DNA of 62,986 bases, filler included, from Octopus bimaculoides (Eukaryota): assembly GCF_001194135.2 (NCBI RefSeq). It is 6 parts of 6 records of this genome, joined end to end, with 100 filler letters (N's around TTAATTAATTAA, not from the genome) between each part and the next. Parts side by side here need not be neighbours in the genome. Positions count along the whole stretch, not along the records: positions 28,580 to 55,196 come from NC_068988.1; 5 more parts are not named here. The stretch is one strand, 5' to 3'. Numbering within the stretch: the stretch's first letter is position 1; every line of letters begins with the position of its first letter. Below, in pieces: positions 39,071 through 51,872 of the stretch. The notes below the pieces were generated by a model. That model was not told the origin of the DNA. It saw nothing but the letters and a program-made list of their open reading frames with translations, and did no database searches. The translations under genes were made by a program, and so were the position numbers.

Positions 39071-40503
39071 GTCAGTATATAAATTTATATAATGTACAGC
39101 AATTCACAGACATATATTTTTCTTAATTTTTTATATTGATATATCTATAGTAAATACCACCATAAATGTTTATTAGTTTTACTTGAACCATAAATGTAGG
39201 TTGTGAGAAAACTAACAAACATTTAGAATGCTTATAACAACTAATAGTCTTTACACTGTGTAAATGTGTATGTTTACTATTTGTGGAAATTTCATTGAAA
39301 ATATAGTTATGATATAACTGTATATTATCTTCATCTTTCTGAAACAGAATATATATTCATGTGCATTATTCATCAATTAGGACCATTCTATACCACCAAC
39401 TTTGAATACTTACGCAAACATCATTTGATATGTATATATATATATATATATATATATGACTGTGTATGCGTGTGAGTGCGCGCGCATGAACGCTTGTGTG
39501 TAATTGCATGCATACATAGAGATCACATATGTATGGGTGCGCACGTGTGTGCTCCCTTTCTGTTTCTAATTTTTTTCCTGGTTCTTTTGGACAAATATGG
39601 GATGTTCCATCGATGGAATGTCGATAACAAAAAAAAATCAGATTTTGATTTTGTGGTAAGCCTTGGATATTTTTTACTGTGCCTCTGACAAATTTTATCA
39701 GTAATGTAGGAGTGAAAGGGAAATGCATTCTTACGCTATGTTACATGGCTCATAAGTGTTGTTGTTCTGTTTGTCTTGGTATGATTATCTGTATCAGCCA
39801 TGTTTGCACTAGCAAATGGTGTATATATATATTAATCTGGTCTGAGTAATACGGTGTTGGTAAGTAAAATGTGTCTTATTTTTATCTAAAGAAATAACGA
39901 AATTCTGATTTATTTTGGAGGAGACTACTTAAATATAGAAGTAAACAATTTAAATGACCTTCTTTGCCTGCATGTCCTATGTTGAAGGTGACACTTTATA
40001 TAATGTCAAATGCAAAACTTTGGCTGCGGCCATGAAAATTGTTGACACTAACATGTTCATATTATAGGTTTAATATTTGGTTCCTTCTGACAAATATTTT
40101 CTACAACAAAATTCTTTAAAATTCTAAATGCAGTTATTACTGAAAAATTATAATCTGCCATAACAGTTGCTATTTAATTTTTTTTTTTCGGCAGTTTCAA
40201 AGACCACGAAATCTTAATAACACACATTTGAGTCCAACCACAAAAGTCGGAAATCATTGGCTCGTGTATTATATACTGATTAGACGCATACAATTTCCCT
40301 CAGACTATTTACCCTAATGAGTATCCTGTTTTACGCTTTTTACGAAAACACATAAATGTTGACTTACAAGAGATTTTCAATATCATGGAATAATGCACAC
40401 TTGAAAATCCGGTCGAAGTATTTCGGCTTAAAAGTCATTAGTAGTATATTATTGAATTATAGTATTAGTTGATAGGCACATTTTTCTGGATGATTGTCAT
40501 TTA

Positions 40504-41068
40504 GGATCTTTTTTAAACCGGGGGCCACATTTTTCATTAATGTTTTACGTAGTGTTTTTGGTACCGAAAGACTTTCAAACTTCGTATACTTATCTATTTT
40601 CTCTTATAGAACAGAAAAATATTTTTGTATTCGAATTTATTTCATGTAAAAAATTGTCTTATTTCGATAATTTCAACCAATCACTGACAAGTATTCAGTT
40701 GTTTACATTTACTCCTTTGGCTGATTAAGCGGTGTAAAGCGTATTTAATTTCCATAGCTTCGTTTTGCTTTTCTCTTTTTAAATTTGCTGTTTTACCCTA
40801 ACCCTAACCCTAACCCTATCACCGATAGAATTGTTTCAGAATCGTTTGTTTATGTAGTCGGCACTTAATGTATATCGGCTGAATGGACGTCAGTGATTGG
40901 TTGAAATTACAGAAATACGACAACTTTAACATGGAATAACTTAGGGATTTCTTTTTTTTTTAAGAAGACTAAGAGAAAAAGATGTTTTATATGACATATT
41001 CTACCAGTGTTCCAAGTTTCAAAGTGTTTCGTAAATGAAAAATGTAGCCCCCGTTTTAAAAAAGATCC
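40504..41068. mobile_element. 565-bp MITE with 35-bp TIRs, 8-bp TSD and internal (CCCTAA)n
   Basis: ggatcttttttaaaccgggggccacatttttcatt (40504-40538) vs its inverse at 41034-41068 (2 mismatches); TSD gtcattta at 40496-40503 and 41069-41076; (CCCTAA)3CCCTA at 40796-40818. Confidence 0.92.
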
Positions 41069-41639
41069 GTCATTTATTCTTTGACCTACTGTAATTTTAC
41101 TTCTAGATACTATATAATACATAGTCTCATTTTGAATTTGAATCCTACTGTCGAAAAAGACAATGCAGTAAATATTGCGATTTAGCTTGGAGTATATACA
41201 AAGATATATAATTTGACTATTTCAAATTTGCTTCCGCTTGCCTTCAAAGAATCAGAAAATGAACGTTAGTATCGTTAGGATTTACAAAAGAAAATTAGGT
41301 GTCTTGAGCCTATTGATAAACTTTACTTTTGCTAGGAGTGGAAGAATAATTTCAGGAACAGTTTCGATTCCAGAAGTCCTAGATTAAGTTCAATACTCAC
41401 GATCGCAGAAAAATATTTATTAGATTAGTAATAAAAATAGTGCGCACTTACTTAGCGATGTAATCAAATGTTTCGGCGAGAAATATAATTCACAGATAAT
41501 TAATTCTTCCTTCACAATTGAAATAAAAATGTTCAATCGCAGATGCAAATGGTGTTAGATTGTAAGGCAAATGACTACGAAAAAAAGGACAATTTCTTTG
41601 ACGTACAATTATTTACTTTGTGTCACCCTGCCAATACGT

Positions 41640-42060
41640 CAAATATTTCAAAGAATACAAATTATACGAGGACGTGTTCGCATGGATTGTATATTAGACA
41701 TTGACAAATAAAATGCAGTCTACTGTTTTAGTCAACACAGGCAGAACGATCCAGGTTAATCAACCAGACATAATTATTAAAGACAGAGAAGAAAATACTT
41801 ATAGACATATAGATGTAACTGTTCCCACTGATAAAAGAATATAGTTCAAAGAATTTGACAAACTAAGTAAATATAAGGTAATGGAATTTGAAATAGAAAA
41901 GAAAGGGTATCTTAAAACAAGAAATGTTCCCGTTACTCTAAGTGCCCTAGGTATGATAAAAATAAGGGAAGTCATAAACATCTAGATAAAACCCCAGGAG
42001 AAATCCAAAATGTTGTATTGATAGTTATTGACCACATCCTAAGAAAAACCCTATCCATTT
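41640..42060 (+). mobile_element. Dong/R4 restriction-like endonuclease region and 3' end, decayed
   Basis: IQVNQPDIIIKDREENTYRHIDVTVPTDKRI*FKEFDKLSKYKVMEFEIEK..LKTRNVPVTLSALGMIK. Confidence 0.85.
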
Positions 42061-43024
42061 AAATATATGTCTTGTGTTACATGAGTATATTTCGCTACTT
42101 CCCCTCCCCAAGCTTTCAGTCATACTGTAACAGCGCTTATTCTTCACTCGCCCCAGGACGCGAAGTGTGTCTCGGCAAGAGACTGCAACAAGTATGCAGA
42201 TAAGAACAAGAATAATGATAATAACAATAATAATGATGATAATGATAATGATACTAATAATAATAATAATAATAACAACAAGAATGGTGACGATGATAAT
42301 AAATGTAAATGAAACATTAAAAGCATTGTATATAAAACATTACGTTATCTCACTCATCTTCGGTATTTTTGTAACCTTTCATGCTGCAGTATGAAAGGAA
42401 TAATGAAGTTACGTTTGTCTTTTTCTCTTACAAATCAAAACATTTTTGCCTGTACAATTTTAACTGCGCAATTTTACGCTCATGTGTATATTTTGGCATT
42501 ATCAATACATCATCAAACAAATTATATTGTGTTATATTTTACTGCTGTCTTTGCTTTTCGCTGTTATTCAGGAATTTATAAAATAAACGAAAAATGATAT
42601 AATGGTGTTGCGTTAATTGACTAATTATCTCATGTTTCATGAAATGGGTTGATGTATTATAGCAGACCTGAATTCCCATTAGCTCCGCGAATCTCCACTC
42701 CAAAAAAAGTAAAACACAAATTGGTTTATATTGCGTTTATAAACATTATCTGTAACGTACGATATTGCTACTAACGTATAGTTTTCTACTCCACCTCCAT
42801 CCACAAATTCACACGTTGGCTGTCGGTCTCCCGAAATAAAGGCTGAACTATTACGATCAAGAATAACGTATGTGAAAAACTTAAACGAAAATAAATGAAC
42901 AATATTTCATCTGTACCGATTTTCCGACGCCACTATGTGTACAATATACGCATTCAGAAATGACCAGCTTGATAATCATTGCTCATTGAATCGATCGGAA
43001 GGTACGGTAAATGATGATATTCTT

Positions 43025-43406
43025 TTCTACTCTAGGTACAAGGCCCGAAATTTTGGGGGAAGTGGAGCTAGTCGATTAGATCAACCCTCAGTATGCAACT
43101 GGTACTTGCTTTATCGACCCCGAAAAGATGAGAGCCAAAGTCGACCTTAGCGGAATTTGAACTCAGAACGTAAGAGAGACGAAATACCGCTATGCATTTC
43201 GCCCGGCATGCTAACATTTCTTATTTCTTTATTGCCCATAAGGGGCTAAACACAAAGGGGACAAACAAGGACAGACAAAGTGATTTAGTCGGTTACATCA
43301 ACCCAGGTGCGTAACTGGTACTTAAATTATCAACCCCGAAAGGATGAAAGGCAAAGTCGACATCGGTGGAATTTGAAGTCAGAATGTAAAGGCAGACGAA
43401 ATACCG
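43025..43406 (-). mobile_element. Two tandem SINE family B copies with different 3' tails (~43025-43220 and 43223-43406)
   Basis: Both share the gtcgactttg..tttcatcctttcggggtcgataaa..gtaccag core (Meta/MESC-like, from recall). Tail 1 is ..cccccaaaatttcgggccttgtacctagagtagaaaag; tail 2 is ..gtttagccccttatgggcaataaagaaat. Confidence 0.88.
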
Positions 43407-44850
43407 ATTTCTTTATTAGGCATAAAACCCTAAACACAGATGCGGACACCACAATACAGACAAGACCACAGTGTGGACAAAAACATAAAACGAATGCAAA
43501 CGGGATGAAATTTTTAATAATGAAAAAAAATGAAAATGGTCACACCATTTGAACCATTATATGCACTATCTACAATTGTTCTTTTTTCTACTCTATCACA
43601 ATTAATTTTCTTAAAAATAAAATAATTTCACATATTTTTTCTCTTTTAGTAGAACTTCATCGGTGGTTCAATATCTCTCGCGTTCACTACTGGTGGCAAC
43701 TCCTTGAATTCCACCTCCACTCCTGGTGGGTTAACGCTATCTCCACACATCTCTTTCAACTTTCTGTAGTTCTCTTCTTCAATCAGTATTGCCTTCATAT
43801 CCTCTGCGTAGACGTATGAAGTCACCTTCACTCTTACTATCGAATTAAACTTAATAATCTTTTTTTCTGTTTCTACATTCTTTGGGTATGTCACATAATA
43901 CCACACTCCGTCTCCTCCTCGTATCTTCTTTGCTTTATCTTGCACTTTATCCCAAATAATCTCTCCAACTCTTCTTCCTGCAGTTGTATTTCAGAATCCT
44001 TCGCCATTGGAATAACCGGCATCTTTACTTCTAACTCCACTTTCTTTTTACTTTCCCTTTGTCCTCCCTTCCTACTAACCTCTATCACAGTTTCTTTTCT
44101 CATCTCTTCTCTCTTCTTTTTCTGCTTCTCTGGCGGAGAACTCAATCCTCCGCTCCTCCTTCTTTTCTTTTTAACCATAGTAGATTCATTCTCTGTTTCT
44201 TTTTCTGTTACCATGATCTGACCACACTCTCCCATTCTGTTTGTTGTACTCTTTGGGCGCACCACGCCTTCATGTGGCCCCTCTCTCCACATGTGAAACA
44301 TATCGGCGGCTTTCCCTCCACAATAACTCTCAATCTTACATGTTCTGGCAGCACATTCTCATCCCCCACACTGTTCAAATCTTCCGTAGTTGCCTGTATA
44401 GTTAATTCGATATCATATCCCCAGTAGTTTACATTCTGTGTCCTGGTAGCCTTCAAGATCTGTCTATCCTTCATATTATATGTTACTTTTGTCATCAGCC
44501 ATTCTTCCTTTAATTCGGGTGGCACCCTATCCACTCGCACTTTGGCCACACGCTTGCCGCAAGTACATAGTCAAGAGCACCCATTCTTCTCACCTTATTG
44601 CCGCTGTGGTGTGTTTTATTGCTTCCTCCTCCGTTATGAAGCGCACCTCCACAGTGGTGTATCTCCTCCCTCTCATAACGTATGTTGTAACTCTTTTCAA
44701 TTCCTTGATACATTCCTCTAGGGCTTCTATCGGCGAAATCTCTATTTTCCTCGTGGCTGTCTTCATGGATATCCCCTACATAAGATTTTCTCCCGTAGTT
44801 CAACTTAGACACAAGCCCAATGCTGATGTTAAATTTAACGAGATGTTATT
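43407..44850 (-). mobile_element. Tx1/L1-like gag (ORF1) pseudogene with CCHC knuckle, apparently lacking ORF2 (HAL1-like)
   Basis: Frameshifted ORF: ..VEVRFITEEEA..KVRVDRVPPEL..LRVIVEGKPPICFTCGERGHMKAWC (CX2CX4HX4C).., a Lys/Glu-rich linker and a C-terminal domain stopping at 43646, then ~230 nt of UTR ending AATAAAGAAAT at 43417-43407. Confidence 0.75.
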
Positions 44851-45149
44851 TCTTTATTTTGTACTTTTTTTGTTGTTGCCTTACAAATTTATTTTCATAT
44901 TCAATGCATTGATGTATGCTATAGCATTAGATTAAATATGAATATAAACCGATTTCCAAACTCAATGATCCTATGATCTTATGCGTGTAGAAAAATTTAC
45001 CTTGTGTCCGTATTTGAAATAATCAATGAAAATTAATACTTTCAGTTAGATTTGTAAAATATCGAATAGCTTTTGCGCAGAATTATTACGGATAGGACAA
45101 ACTGTTCGCAGGGAAGTAAAAAATAGAATAATATTACTAATGGCGTAGT

Positions 45150-45311
45150 TATGGCACTAGTGTTTAACTGGTACGTATTTTACCGACACTAAAAGGATGA
45201 AATGCGTTGTAGCCTTGGCGGAATGTGAACTCAGAACATAGAAAGAGATTAAATGCTGCTAAGGATATTTCCCCGACGCGCAAACAATTCTGTCAGTTTC
45301 CGCCTCATTAA

Positions 45312-45385
<74 letters not shown>

Positions 45386-45800
45386 ATAGTGCTTCCTTCG
45401 TTATACTGGCACACGTTAAGCAAATTTGAAGAGAGAACTATGCCAATTACATCAGACACTATGCCTGAGTAATAAAAGGCAACGGTTTTCGCCCGTGGGG
45501 TTTGTACTCACAACGGAATGAGTTGGATGAAATAATGCTTGTCATTTTGATCGGGGCTCTAACGATTCTATTAAGGCAATGCATAAAATATGATGATAAG
45601 ATAATAATAGATTATTACTTTCAAGTCTTCGTACAATGACAACTATGTCAAGGTTTGGGATAAACCAATTATTTTTTTATCTAACCCGGATGGCTGGAAG
45701 ATAAAGCTAGCCCCAGTGGAATTTGAACACATAACGTAATGAGCTGGAAAAATACCGTTAGGCATTTTGACCGATACTGGAATAATTTGAAGAGCATGCC
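45150..45800 (-). mobile_element. Two to three decayed SINE family B copies
   Basis: aactggtac..aaaggatgaaa..ggcggaatgtgaactcagaac (~45165-45305); similar pieces at ~45470-45570 and ~45650-45780. Confidence 0.65.
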
Positions 45801-47076
45801 GCCTAAATTAAAAACACTATGATCTTACCAGCAAGATGGCTATAATAAAAAGAAAATAACTGCAATTCTATATGTTAAGGGAACAATGGTTACATAACTT
45901 ATGCATATCTAACAGAGAAATTGTTTTTATTTCTGTATGCCAAAATTCGTATACACAATAGTGAATGCTATGATACGATACGTTGTCGTGTTTGTACATT
46001 CCTATAAGCCATTAATTGTATGAAACCTGTATTTTTTAATGGTGTTCACTGCATTGATAAAAAAAAAAAAACACTATACATTTTCGCCACTACTTTAAAG
46101 ACGACGGTTTCTGAGGGATCCTCTGTATCTTTGGTCCCTTCACGCTATTGTGTTCGAAAAATAAATGAATCTTTTGTCGTGTTTTTTTTTAATTCTATGA
46201 GAAAGACAAAAACAAAGCTAGAGTTTTGCCTAACTCATTTTCGGTTTTCGATATTATTGCAACTGATGTCACTTCATCTATTAGAGTAGATGCATTCAAT
46301 AGACATACTGTTATCTTGTATATCAAAGAGAGTAGTATAATACTATTTAGGCCATATTTATTGACAACATTTGTAATCAATATCAGTACAGATACATGCA
46401 TAACATAAAAAAAAACACTGAAAGCAACGGGTTATCATACATATGTTCCCTAAACATTGCACAGTGAATAAAATATATTCAAAAGCTTCGTAACAGATGC
46501 TTATAACAGGGTTATATATAACTGCACATTACAATATATAAAAAAAGGATTGCAAACAAATGTTTTTTTTAAGTGCTCGTAAAAAAAGAAAATTAAATAA
46601 ACAGAATGGGTATTATTCTTGTTTAGTATAGAAGATTCAAGCTAGACACGATTTGATGTAACTAGGCAACCCACTGAGAATATATTATGTAAACTTACTT
46701 GAAGCGATAGAGACAGAGAAAGGAAAGCCTCAGTCATTTACAATATAGTTTTTAAGGGGGAAGAGCCGAAAGAACTGGAAGAGTAATAAAAGTGAGAGCA
46801 TAAATGTGAACAAAGAATAAAATAAATCGATTCAATATTTTGACTCGGAACGTAAAGGCTACCGATGATTACAGAGCATACTCATAGGAAAATCGATGTG
46901 ATAAAAGACATTCAATCATGGCTATCAGACTGTGAAATATGGGTGCGAGGTAAACAATCTTACGACACAATAATTTATTCCGCGTTCGGTACACTGCAGT
47001 AATTTCAGAAAATATCTTTCACCCCCACAAAAAAATTTTTTTTGAAATAATTATTTAACTGATAATAATAATAATA

Positions 47077-47154
<78 letters not shown>

Positions 47155-47164
47155 NNNNNNNNNN

Positions 47165-47226
<62 letters not shown>

Positions 47227-47289
47227 CATTATTATTATTATATTTTAAAAAGGATTGACGTAACTCATCACGAAGGTAACTAGTCAAGA

Positions 47290-48060
47290 TGAAGAGCGCG
47301 AATCGATTGTATAAATGTTTTATTCGTTGAACAATATTTCGACAGTACGTCTTCCGTTGTCAAGTTCAAAACAAAAGGTGCTTAAAAATTCAAAATTTCA
47401 GAAATCAAAGCGTGAGTAATCAGCGTCCATACGTTGATGGAATGACATCATCAGTTTTTAAGTTTTATACCAAGCAGAAAGAAAGAAAAAAAAATAGGAA
47501 AAGGAAGACGACAGAAAAAACGGAAAGAAAAAGAGAGAAAGAAGAATATTCAATCAAACAGTTTTGTATAAATTTGATGATATTCTCCTGTCATCTTATT
47601 CATTCCTCCGGGGCGTGATGTTAATAACCCGCAAAAATATTTCTCCTCATTCATTCTGAGAAGTAAAAGTGGGGTAGATTCAGAATATTTTTTGAGAATG
47701 TGCACTTTCAAGTCTTCTTCAAAATTGCAGCCGCTTGAGACGAAATGTTCAGCATGTTCTGTTGAACTACTGTTCTTGTGCCTGACGTCGAATCTGTGCC
47801 CATTAAAACTTTTGTTTAATTTTTCATTTGTACAACCAACATAAAGTAAGTTGTGTTTCGTGCATTCTGCAGCGTTCACTAAATAGGAATCTTTACATAT
47901 ACCTCTTCTGTATAAATCATAATATTTCTGTTATGATTTCTGATGGAATTCACTTCACTCATGTTGTTGCACAATGAACAGGGCTTACCTCTCTGCGGCT
48001 GTTCTTTAAGGTACAGCGTGCAGATACTCCAATGTTCGCTTTTACTTCACCAATTTATGT
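47290..48060 (-). mobile_element. Penelope-like element 3' part: Cys-rich linker plus GIY-YIG endonuclease (Neptune-like), decayed
   Basis: RGKPCSLCNNM..GICKDSYLVNAAECTKHNLLYVGCT..FNGHRFD..AEHF..DLKVHIL..EEKY..LLTSRPGGMN; stop at 47550. Confidence 0.85.
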
Positions 48061-48399
48061 ATGTATCCATGTATCAACTTTGGATGTATGCATCTACTTT
48101 TCTTGCTATGTGATAAACATTTAAAAACCAAATACGCCGTCACCACTTACGGTCTCTCTCACTCTCTATTTCTGTTCTACTTCTCTGAAACATTCAAAAC
48201 ACTAAACGAACGTCGTTACCACTCTCTATCTTTCACTTTCTCTCTCTCTCTTTCACTCTCTCTATTTCTCTCTCATTCTCTCTTGCTTCATCCCTTCTCT
48301 TTTCTGTCATCATATCTCTCGTTTTGCTACTGAACTCTTTCAAGTGAATGCGACATACAGCACAAATAAGGAGAAAAACAAAACTAAGCCTATTAATAC

Positions 48400-48870
48400 T
48401 ATCAATAAACAGTCTTGCTTGACAATCTTCTTAGAGATGTGTCTGGATAAAAGCAAGGAAAACTAATTCAAATAGCCACAAAACATGAACAAAACAAGAA
48501 ACAGATTTTGCCTGCCAAGAAAAGAGGGTGGCTGTGGACTTTTATAACTGGAATTGACATTGGAAATTACCACACTTGACCTAAGCACTTACCAGAAGAA
48601 ATCATGAAAACATCATACTGAATAAATAAGTAAAAAAAGAAAACAAAAACATGCAAAGAAATATCTAGGTGAATTCCGAATACAAGTAATCTCAGAATCA
48701 GACGCACTGGAAACAAGCACAGCAAAAGCTAAGCGTATGAAAGCCATGAAAACCTTTGCTCATACTGCAGCTTCAGATATTCTTACTTATAAATGGCAAG
48801 ACAATTTTCTAAATGACAACTACGCACAGAGAGTTAATCATGCTGATGTTGGTGTCTTCTGAATTATACT
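48400..48870 (+). mobile_element. Dong/R4 post-RT region, decayed
   Basis: RFCLPRKEGGCGLL (R4/Dong LPRKEGGRGL motif), followed by ..LTYKWQDNFL..YAQRVNHADV. Confidence 0.75.
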
Positions 48871-49304
48871 ACGCAGAAATATCTCATACAAACATATGTT
48901 CTCGATCTTTCCTTTTGTTCATCCTCATGCAGTTCTCTCGATTTTTGAAACTAATTCTAGAATCTGAAATGAAATATAGCATTAAGTATAAAGAAAAGAC
49001 TTAGTAGATAGTGTAGATTTAATATGTAAATTAGATTTGAGGTGAAGATATCAAGTAAGAGAAACAGGTTCGTGTATGCATAAAAGTGTAATTGTGTATA
49101 TGTATGCTGATGCATAAGGGAAAATATGAGAATGGTTTTATATCTTAATATTAGCATAGCATCTTTTCTTTCAAGTGCATCATCGCAGCCCTCCTACACT
49201 TTTGATTTTCTATCCTTTCTTAATGATTCAAAATTCTGAAAGCCTTACGGGGATTATAATGTAATTAAAGTTTCCCCTACTCTAACATAAGACATCCGTT
49301 ATTA

Positions 49305-49706
49305 TTAAATAGAATAATTTATAATACAAATGACAGCTGAAACTCTATTGCAATTAAATATGATACGTAAATATATGCAGGGGTGTTGGTGAGATTCGGT
49401 AAATGTATGGGTCAATGTTATTCTTCTGCCACAGTCTTCCCTAAGTATTTGACGTAAACTTTCACAGCGAGGATCTCTTTGGAAGCCAACGGAACGTCCG
49501 ATGGTACTTGTTGTACTGTTGATATATATGTCATCAGGTTTATCAATACTATGCAGTATTGGAATGCTTTTACTGTTACACGTATTGTTTCCGTATCTCC
49601 ATTCTAAGGACGATCTCTCAATTTGACCAGTGCCAATATTCGTCAGTTGCCTAATATTTGTGTATATATCTTTATTCTTATGCTTTATTCTTATGCTTAG
49701 ATTCAC
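49305..49706 (-). other. Unexplained 133-codon stop-free frame (GTG start)
   Basis: Present in the ORF track, non-repetitive and GC-richer than the flanks; no recognised motif. Confidence 0.2.
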
Positions 49707-50619
49707 ACGGCTGCGGTACTATAACATGGCGGACTCAGGAAATTGTTTCGTATTCCTTATACGAAAAAAAGAAAAAGAAAAAAAGACTAAAATGATAAGA
49801 AAGAAATCCAGGTAGATAAAAGTTGTCCGATACAGTAATTGGATTCTGTGGCATCAGTGAGCGGGTATATCTTACTAAGGGTTGCCAAATCATTGAAAAT
49901 AAATCCCCTGACACTGTTCTTAATTTATCCTGAGATTGATAGGTTCCGACTGGAATATATTGCCACGAAAGTTAAGAGATGTGTACACAAAAAGACAAAA
50001 GTAACTTGTTTTAACAGAATGTAATACAGCAAGATACGATCATATCTACAAGAAAACCTTGAAATATACGATACATATCATAGGTTGATACATCAGGATA
50101 ATCAGGATAATCTTTTAATCTCTGGGTAAGCAATAGAAATTACGTCCAACTTTCTTTCGTATCACTAAATAACTACTTTTAACAATAAACAAATAGTATC
50201 CATAAATCAGTTTATACATAGAAGAATGTCACTTTTAAACACACACAGTACTCACAGTTTAGCTAATTACAGTAACAAACTGTATTTCTGTTAATCAAAG
50301 GCGGTTATGATATATATTTATTTACGTCATTTCTTTTGTGTGATTAACGAATACTGCTCTCATTCGTTGGACATGAATTAATAATAAGTATTACAGTACG
50401 TTTAAAAACAAACAAATGTGATTGATCACGTTTGCTAAAATAAACATATAGTATTGTAAACTCAATTTCTGTTTAACTAAATAGCAGATTTCCTTCTTTT
50501 CTTTCTAATATTGCTCACACAGTATGCAAATTGCGCATTTGATCAATTCTTATCAGTAGACATATACAGCCTTTTAAATTTCTTCTTACGATTAACTTCG
50601 TTTAGACATTTAGTGAATG

Positions 50620-51016
50620 AATGAACTGTTCATTTGTAAGACAGATTTTCCTACAACAGGGAAGATTAAACGTATTATTTGATAAATGAGCAAAGAAATT
50701 TGGCTGAGGTGTGGACTGGCAAATGATGAAATATCATTTGCCATGGGAGAATTTAGTAAAGGAGTGATTAATTGGCGAACAAAGAAGCTTGTTACCTCCA
50801 GCAAGGATATGTTGCCAATGTTAAAGTAACCAAAGCTGAGATGATGAATATACTCTAAGTAGAGAGAAGCGAAAATTCTGAAAAGTAGTTAATTTCCAGT
50901 TGGAAGTCAAGCCGATATAAAAAGGCAGCCTTAATGAGGAGTGAATAAAAACACCAAAACGATATTTGATTAGAGAATACACGCGCATACATTTAGGTGT
51001 ACATTCGCTCAAATAA

Positions 51017-51063
<47 letters not shown>

Positions 51064-51520
51064 CAGAGTTGGGAGGCAGATAGATAGATAAATACATAGG
51101 TAGATAAATACATAGATAGACATACATACATACGTACGTATATACATACATACATACATACATACACACACACAAACAGACAGACAGACAGACAGACAGG
51201 CCGATAGATAGATAGATGGACGAAAATCGAAAGTACAAATGAAAAAACAAAACAACAAAACGCAAAGGACGCATACTTTGAATGTATTAAGTTGACGATC
51301 AGTTGAAGATGGAGAAAAAGATGCTTGTAACGTTGCACGGATGATTCTACATTAGAAAGAGGAGAGAGGAAAGGCCCGGAGGATCGGAGAAATTAACCCA
51401 AGAAAATCAAGTTCCTCCAAATTTAGTTTATGAATGATGTAGGACATCAAACTGGAAGGAGTTGTCAACATATCAGATGATGGCTCGTGTTAGACACAGC
51501 GCAGACTGCTGCAAAAGAGA
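50620..51520 (+). mobile_element. Possible decayed RTE-like LINE 3' region split by a microsatellite
   Basis: SKEIWLRCGLA..INWRTKKLV resembles RTE EIRRRI.LA..I...TK..L; a W.DDV...G-like remnant lies at ~51430-51500. Confidence 0.3.
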
Positions 51521-51772
51521 GTATATCCATGGACAGATTCTCGGTGCGTTCAGAAATCACATAACCCCCACAGGTTAGGGCCTGAAATACTCCAAACAGA
51601 TGCATAGCATGTTGCTTAGTCGAATTAGCCCATCATTCACTCCACAATTGTTTTGTTGTCATCGCTGCACTTTCCCATATCATGTTTTTCCTTATAAATG
51701 TAATATATTATATACAAACTATGCCATTTTAATCCCGAGCTACGACAGGTGTCTATGCTAGTATATATATAC

Positions 51773-51819
<47 letters not shown>

Positions 51820-51872
51820 TGTGTGTCTGCGTGCGTGTGTGTGAGTGTGTGTGTGTGTGTGTGTGTGTATGT

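Noticed and set aside
41457-41574. Minus-strand exon candidate with a strong acceptor (ttttttcgtag) and GTAAGT donor
   Set aside because: Stops occur in all three frames and it adjoins Dong/R4 debris; it could only be non-coding and has no other support.
47060-47240. (AAT)n and (ATT)n facing each other across a 10-N gap, suggesting a large palindrome
   Set aside because: The symmetry is limited to simple repeats at contig ends and the flanking unique sequence is not inverted.
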